Shown piece by piece: positions 58,712 to 64,000 of a stretch of 64,000 nt of DNA (positions within the stretch are counted from its first letter, which is position 1; every line of letters begins with the position of its first letter). The DNA lies in NCBI GenBank assembly GCA_018333655.1, contig JAGXTJ010000034.1, positions 12,716-76,715 on the forward strand. Reading direction: 5' to 3'. The notes under the pieces are model-generated. The model searched no databases, was not told the origin of the DNA, and worked only from the letters and a program-made list of their open reading frames with translations. Source of the DNA: Bacillota bacterium (lineage in GTDB: Bacteria; Bacillota; UBA994). A program made the translations under genes and the position numbers.

Positions 58712-60163
58712 ATGTTAAAGCAATTGCTCGTTTTGGCGGATAAACTCCCCATCTATGTCGTGGGTGGAGCGGTGCGGGACTTGTACCTCGGCCGTACAAG
58801 TTGCGACTACGACTTACTAATTCCCGCGCCAGGGTTCATGACTCATCTCGGGGAGATCTCCCTGCTGCTAGGGCAGCAACCGTTTGCCCTGAGCCATGAA
58901 AACCAGCATTGGCGCTACCATAAGGAAGGTGCCGTACTTGACATCGCCCCGCTCTACAAGAGCCTGGGGGACGATCTAGCACGGCGCGACTTCACTGTCA
59001 ATGCTATGGCCATGGAGCTAAGAGACTTCTTGGCGAAAGATCTAGAAAAAGTTCATGATTATCACTTCGGGCGGGAGCACCTTGCCTCACGAACTCTAGT
59101 TCTCACCTCCCCTCTGGCTTTCACCTCTGATGCGCTGCGAATTTTACGCGCAGCACGCCTTAAAGCCGAACTTGGCTTTACCGTCAGTGGTCACCTGGAG
59201 GCAAAAGTTAGTGCCGCGCTCGAACCATTACGGCACTGCCCTGGGGAAAGGGTGTGGGCTGAACTAAAGAGGATTACAGTAGCTCCTTTTGCTATATCTG
59301 CCTACATGTGGCTAGAGCAGCAGGGGGTCTTGGCGGCGTTGTTCCCGGAGCTAGAAGCCGGAAAGGGAATTTCACAGAACCAGTATCACGCTTTTAGCGT
59401 GCATGAACATTCTTGGCGGGCCTTTTCCGGCTATGTAAACCTATGGCAAGCCCCTGATTTTCTCGAACAAACCGTCCGCGAATGCGTGGTGCGAGATCTA
59501 AGGTGCCTGCCCATGAATTTAGAGGCTGTTTGTAAGTTGGGGTCGCTCTTGCATGACATCGGTAAGCCGCCGTCTCGCGTGGTGCGCGCCGAAGGCAAAG
59601 TTACCTTCTACCGGCACGAGCAAATCGGCGCGGGGATGATTGGGCCCATGGTACAACGTTTACGCTTAGCAAGCAGAGAAGCCAAGCTGCTAGGCCGCTT
59701 TGTGCGGTGGCATACCTACTTGGCGCAGTTGTCACGTCAACCGCGCCTTCATGAAGGGCATCTCTTTCGCGTGGCCAGTCGACTAGGCGAGCACAGCGTT
59801 CCCATTGCGCTCTTTAGTGTGGCCGACCTACTCGCTAAAGGGGAAGAAATGGAAAGGGACGAAAGCTACAAGAGGGTTGTGGCCACCCTCAATCGCTTCT
59901 TGCAGGCCTGGTATTTTCAGCATGACGAAGTAATCCGCCCCTCACTCCCCCTGAACCCAGCGGAGCTTGCTATCGAGTTACAATTGACCCCGGGGAGCTG
60001 GCTGCAAGAGACGATGACTCATCTCGCAGAGCAAGCTGCACGGGGCCATGTAAAAACCAAGGAGCAAATGATAACGCTGGCAAAACAATTTTGCCAGCGT
60101 AGCGAAGATGTCTTAGCGAACTCGCGCATGACCTTGGTAAACAAGACCACGTCCTCCGTCTAA
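58712..60163 (+). CDS. Class II tRNA nucleotidyltransferase with HD domain (probably CC-adding)
   Basis: VGGAVRD..DYD, RRDFTVNAM, DALRILR, ERVWAE, LLHDIGK. Confidence 0.85.
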   Translation: MLKQLLVLADKLPIYVVGGAVRDLYLGRTSCDYDLLIPAPGFMTHLGEISLLLGQQPFALSHENQHWRYHKEGAVLDIAPLYKSLGDDLARRDFTVNAMAMELRDFLAKDLEKVHDYHFGREHLASRTLVLTSPLAFTSDALRILRAARLKAELGFTVSGHLEAKVSAALEPLRHCPGERVWAELKRITVAPFAISAYMWLEQQGVLAALFPELEAGKGISQNQYHAFSVHEHSWRAFSGYVNLWQAPDFLEQTVRECVVRDLRCLPMNLEAVCKLGSLLHDIGKPPSRVVRAEGKVTFYRHEQIGAGMIGPMVQRLRLASREAKLLGRFVRWHTYLAQLSRQPRLHEGHLFRVASRLGEHSVPIALFSVADLLAKGEEMERDESYKRVVATLNRFLQAWYFQHDEVIRPSLPLNPAELAIELQLTPGSWLQETMTHLAEQAARGHVKTKEQMITLAKQFCQRSEDVLANSRMTLVNKTTSSV

Positions 60164-61864
60164 GGTGACAATCTGCCCGTCTTTAAGAAGGCCGGTAGCG
60201 CCATTTATGCCTACAATCGTAGCCTTGTTGAGGTTAAGCCCCACGATAGCCCCGTGTGAGGTGAGGCCACCCTCCTCGGTGATCAGGCCAGCAGCTCGCT
60301 CTATGGCCGGAATGTAGTCGCTGTCGGTAGCGAACGTAACCAGTATATCACCCGCTTGTGTCTTGGCATTGGCCTCTGCCGCGTTCTTAGCAATCGTAAC
60401 TCGCCCTTCAGCGGTAATGGCGCCGATACCTGTGCCCTTAGCTAAGACATCGCCAACTACGTGTACCTTGAGCACATTGGTCGTGCCCGGCACACCCACA
60501 GGGATGCCCGCGGTGATCACTACCAAGTCGCCGTTTCTTATTAACCCCGCACTTAAGGCGCGCTGTACCGAACCGTCGATCAGGTCATCGGTAGTCGCGA
60601 TAGGTAGACCAACGAGAGGAGCGACCCCCCACTGCAGGTTCAGACGTCTTGCCACAGCGGCACTCGTGGTAATGGCAATGATGTGCGCGGCGGGGCGGTG
60701 CTTAGATACCATGCGTGCCGTCCAACCTGATTGGGTGGGCGTGATAATGGCCGCCGCGGTGAGTTCAGTAGCTACTTGTACGGTGGCGTGGCTAATGGCG
60801 TCGGTGACAGTGGAATTGCGCACCTGGCAGGCATCAACGTTAGCCTGGCCATATTGCAGTGCTTGTTCAGTGCGGAGAGCAAGGCGCGCCATGGTCTGCA
60901 CGGACAAAAGGGGGTACTTGCCGCTGGCAGTCTCTCCCGATAGCATAATGGCATCGGTACCATCAAAAATAGCATTAGCCACATCACTAGCCTCGGCACG
61001 CGTGGGGCGGGGATTACGCATCATGGAGTCGAGCATTTGCGTTGCCGTAATCACCGGCTTGCCAGCGCTGTTAGCTTTACGGATCATTTCTTTTTGTATG
61101 ATGGGCACTTCTTCGGCTGGAAATTCAACTCCCATATCGCCGCGTGCTACCATGAGACCATCGGCTACCTTCAGGATGGCATCGAGATTGTCAACGCCCT
61201 CCTTATTTTCAATCTTAGCAATAATGGGGATGTTGGCACCTAGCCCTTCGATAAAACGGCGCACCGCGTAAACATCATTGGCATTGCGCATGAAGGAAGC
61301 CGCTATGTAGTCAACGCCCTGTTCCACGCCGTAACGCAGGTCGGCTTCATCTTGTGGAGACAATACAGGGAGGTTAATACGCTTTCCGGGCACGTTAATA
61401 CCCTTGCGATTGCTCAACAGGCCGCCCACAATAACTTTGCAGACGACACTGTCGTGGGTGGTGTAGAGAACACTGAGCTCAAGCAGGCCATCATCCAAGA
61501 GCAGGCGGTCAAGGGGGGCGACATCTTGTGGCAGGCGCAGGTAGCTCACGCCTACTCGCTCCACACTGCCTGGCACCGCTTGGGTAGTGAGGGTAAAGGT
61601 GTTACCAGGAATAAGTTCAATAGGGCCGTCAGCGAAGGTGCCGATGCGAATCTCGGGGCCCTTGGTGTCTAGCATTATCGCGACATGCTTGCCTAGATCT
61701 TGTGCCGCTTGACGTAAATTGCCCAAACGTACCCCGTGTTCCGCATGGCTACCATGCGAAAAGTTTAGTCTCGCTACATCAAGCCCTGCTCTAATCAGGT
61801 CGCGCAACATTTCAGGGCTCTCGCTAGCTGGCCCAATGGTGCAGACAATCTTTGTTTTTCTCAT
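60113..61864 (-). CDS. pyk: Pyruvate kinase with a C-terminal PEP-utiliser domain
   Basis: RKTKIVCTIGP, NFSHG, DTKGPEIR, MVARGD, EGGLTSH. Confidence 0.97.
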   Translation of the reverse strand: MRKTKIVCTIGPASESPEMLRDLIRAGLDVARLNFSHGSHAEHGVRLGNLRQAAQDLGKHVAIMLDTKGPEIRIGTFADGPIELIPGNTFTLTTQAVPGSVERVGVSYLRLPQDVAPLDRLLLDDGLLELSVLYTTHDSVVCKVIVGGLLSNRKGINVPGKRINLPVLSPQDEADLRYGVEQGVDYIAASFMRNANDVYAVRRFIEGLGANIPIIAKIENKEGVDNLDAILKVADGLMVARGDMGVEFPAEEVPIIQKEMIRKANSAGKPVITATQMLDSMMRNPRPTRAEASDVANAIFDGTDAIMLSGETASGKYPLLSVQTMARLALRTEQALQYGQANVDACQVRNSTVTDAISHATVQVATELTAAAIITPTQSGWTARMVSKHRPAAHIIAITTSAAVARRLNLQWGVAPLVGLPIATTDDLIDGSVQRALSAGLIRNGDLVVITAGIPVGVPGTTNVLKVHVVGDVLAKGTGIGAITAEGRVTIAKNAAEANAKTQAGDILVTFATDSDYIPAIERAAGLITEEGGLTSHGAIVGLNLNKATIVGINGATGLLKDGQIVTLDGGRGLVYQGHARVR

Positions 61865-61963
61865 ACTTGCCGCCTCCCACCACAACTTGTCTTTATTCTA
61901 ACATATGGACCTATGTTTCAATGTGTATTTGTAATCTCCTGTATCAAGGTGCCCGCTTGCTCT

Positions 61964-62482
61964 CTAAAATATGATAATGCCCACGAGCCCCGCCGCAAGA
62001 AGAAGCAAAATTGGGTTAAATTTAGTGCGCAGCATCAGGATTAGCACGGTAACAGCAATGGCAGCGCTACGTATATCGTTAATCGTTAGTCTGCCCACCG
62101 AAATTGCTGCGGAGAATATGAGCACTACCACGACAGGACGAACGGCGGCCAAGGCGGCCTTTAATTGCGGTGCACCGTTAAAGCGCACGAAGAGGAAGGC
62201 GAAGGTCATGACGGTAAGAAGAGAAGGCGTAACTACCCCTAGGGTCGCCGCCGTGCCCCCAAACAGACCTCCCATTTTGTAGCCAACAAAGGTGGCTGAA
62301 TTGATAGCAATCGGACCAGGCGTAATTTCCGCTACTGCCAGGATATCGATGAATTGCTGTGCCGTGAGCCAGGCCTGATTGCGCACGACCTCTCGCTCAA
62401 TGAGCGGTATCATCGCGTAGCCACCGCCGAAGCTAAAGAGTCCAATCCTAAAGAAGCTTACAAAGAGTTCCCAGATGATCAT
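61964..62482 (-). CDS. Short-chain chromate transporter
   Basis: FSFGGGYAM, TPGPIAIN. Confidence 0.9.
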   Translation of the reverse strand: MIIWELFVSFFRIGLFSFGGGYAMIPLIEREVVRNQAWLTAQQFIDILAVAEITPGPIAINSATFVGYKMGGLFGGTAATLGVVTPSLLTVMTFAFLFVRFNGAPQLKAALAAVRPVVVVLIFSAAISVGRLTINDIRSAAIAVTVLILMLRTKFNPILLLLAAGLVGIIIF

Positions 62483-63045
62483 GGCGATGTTCCCGGGCGA
62501 CGCTGGCGATAGTGATAAACAAGGCCAAACAAGGCGGCGCCAGCAATAATGACAGCGGGGTGCCAGTTAGAATTTAGACTAATCAGCAGCGCTACCGCTG
62601 CGAGGCCCATGCTAAAGTTATCTACCAGCACTTTTTTACCGAGGGTGAGGGCAGCGGCAAAGATGAGGGCCACCACCGCCGGGCGAATGCCTTTAAAAAA
62701 ATCGAGCACAATGGGACCAGGCGTAGTCGCGGTAAGAGTAGCGGCCAGCAAGGTTATGATAATAAAGGAGGGCAAGACGGCGCCTAGGGTGGCTACGGCA
62801 ACACCGGGCAGGCCGAGAAGCTTGTAGCCCGTAAAAATGGCCGTGTTGATGGCAATCGCCCCCGGGCTCGACTGTGCAACGGCCAGCACGTCGATAAATT
62901 CCTGTTCGCTTTGCCATCCTCTTGTATGTACAATCTCGCGCTCTATAACTGGCAACATGGACAGCCCTCCGCCAAAAGTGAAAGCTCCAACTTTGCAGAA
63001 ACTCCAAAAAAGGGCGGTGAGGGTGGGGGGGGTAGGGTGCTCCAA
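62479..63045 (-). CDS. Short-chain chromate transporter
   Basis: FTFGGGLSM, QSSPGAIAIN. Confidence 0.9.
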   Translation of the reverse strand: MEHPTPPTLTALFWSFCKVGAFTFGGGLSMLPVIEREIVHTRGWQSEQEFIDVLAVAQSSPGAIAINTAIFTGYKLLGLPGVAVATLGAVLPSFIIITLLAATLTATTPGPIVLDFFKGIRPAVVALIFAAALTLGKKVLVDNFSMGLAAVALLISLNSNWHPAVIIAGAALFGLVYHYRQRRPGTSP

Positions 63046-63209
63046 TGCAATCACTCTCCTAAACACATGCACATTATAGCATAAGGGGAACTCGTTTAGC
63101 GCATGGTTATCGTGAGAGTAGTTGCGGCCGACAGCAGGAAATCACTGTGCACTGTGGAACGAATAAATGTAGCATGACCAAGAGCAAGAGTGAATATAGG
63201 AGGGCATTT

Positions 63210-64000
63210 ATGGAAATTAAGACGATCATGGTTGTAGGCGCGGGTCAAATGGGGAGTGGAATCGCTCAAGTAGCTGCCCAAAGTAATTACACAGTGCTCC
63301 TCTGCGACCTCTCGAGTGAGTACCTTAGCAGAGCCCAAGCAAACATAGCTAGGGTCTTGACTAAAGCAGTGGAGAAGGGCACTCTGTCTAATGACGAAAA
63401 AGAGGCCACCCTATCACGCCTCACGGTCACCACGGAAATGGACAGGGCTGTAGAGGCCGATCTCGTCATTGAAGCGGTGAGCGAGAATGTTGAAGTCAAA
63501 AAAGGGGTCTTTATAGAGCTAGATCGCACCTGCGCCCCCCATGCCATCTTAGCTAGTAATACTTCAAGCCTTTCTTTAACGCAGTTAGGGTCTTTCACTA
63601 AGCGCCCAGCGAAGGTCATTGGGCTGCATTTTATGAACCCGGTGCCCATCATGCAGTTGGTGGAAATTATACACGGGCAATCTACCAGTGACGAAACCGT
63701 GGCTGTAGCTAGCGAAGTGGTGCGCCGCATGGGCAAAACTGGTATACTAGTCAATGACCATCCAGGCTTCGTGGTCAATAGATTGCTAGTCCCCATGATC
63801 AATGAGGCGGCCTTCTGTTTGCAAGAAGGCGTAGCTAAAGCCGCCGATATCGACGCTATCATGAAGCTTGGCGCGAACCATTCCATGGGTCCGCTCAGCT
63901 TAGGAGACCTAATTGGTCTCGATGTATGCTTGGCCATTATGGAAGTCTTGCATCGCTCTCTGGGAGAAGATAAATATCGCCCTGCGCCGCTGCTACGCAA
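63210..64000 (+). CDS. hbd: 3-hydroxybutyryl-CoA dehydrogenase (runs off the window)
   Basis: Manual translation: VVGAGQMGSGIAQV, VIEAVSE, SNTSS, HFMNPVP, GFVVNRLL, HSMGPL. Confidence 0.92.
   Translation, partial: MEIKTIMVVGAGQMGSGIAQVAAQSNYTVLLCDLSSEYLSRAQANIARVLTKAVEKGTLSNDEKEATLSRLTVTTEMDRAVEADLVIEAVSENVEVKKGVFIELDRTCAPHAILASNTSSLSLTQLGSFTKRPAKVIGLHFMNPVPIMQLVEIIHGQSTSDETVAVASEVVRRMGKTGILVNDHPGFVVNRLLVPMINEAAFCLQEGVAKAADIDAIMKLGANHSMGPLSLGDLIGLDVCLAIMEVLHRSLGEDKYRPAPLLR

Noticed and set aside
60363..61271. 302-aa antisense ORF
   Set aside because: Shadow of pyk codon structure; the same applies to 63287-64000 opposite hbd and to most short ORFs in the track.

Overview
Chromosomal window from an endospore-forming Firmicute (Bacillota). 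It is mostly housekeeping DNA, with no CRISPR array or prophage seen. In order: a stalk-domain peptide ABC binding protein (partial), a LysM L,D-transpeptidase, an ECF sigma/anti-sigma pair, a cupin-type GPI, polA-mutM-coaE-slt, two tRNA-Leu genes, a ComEC-like MBL with DUF3006, a degenerate REP-associated tyrosine transposase (RAYT)-like protein, a gerKA/KB/KC-like operon and GerMN, a yybP-ykoY riboswitch-controlled ArsB/NhaD-type permease, a divergent Cys->Asp MurA, a diguanylate cyclase, DUF1450-DUF4392-Nif3-dapL, an apparently intact class IIC group II intron, tldD-pmbA, rsmF, a GlnK/GlnL-like two-component pair, an Arg/Lys decarboxylase, an M14 peptidase, kbl, yhaM, a thioredoxin with ccdA, and a GT4. 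These are followed by a 10-gene Mrp/Mbx-type membrane arm, a HI0933 flavoprotein, DUF368, a cobalamin riboswitch with btuFCD, an orphan pilin, a CCA-family nucleotidyltransferase, pyk, two short chromate transporters and hbd (partial). The best candidate for an undescribed system is 43981-53125. It encodes an MBS/Mbx-like membrane arm with three MrpD-type subunits but no oxidoreductase module. It is bracketed by a triple-FMN-domain RnfG/PplA-like protein and an EetA/NusG-II-like protein, and its last subunit has a lateral helix built from four 25-residue repeats. All calls come from reading motifs by eye; no database searches were run.
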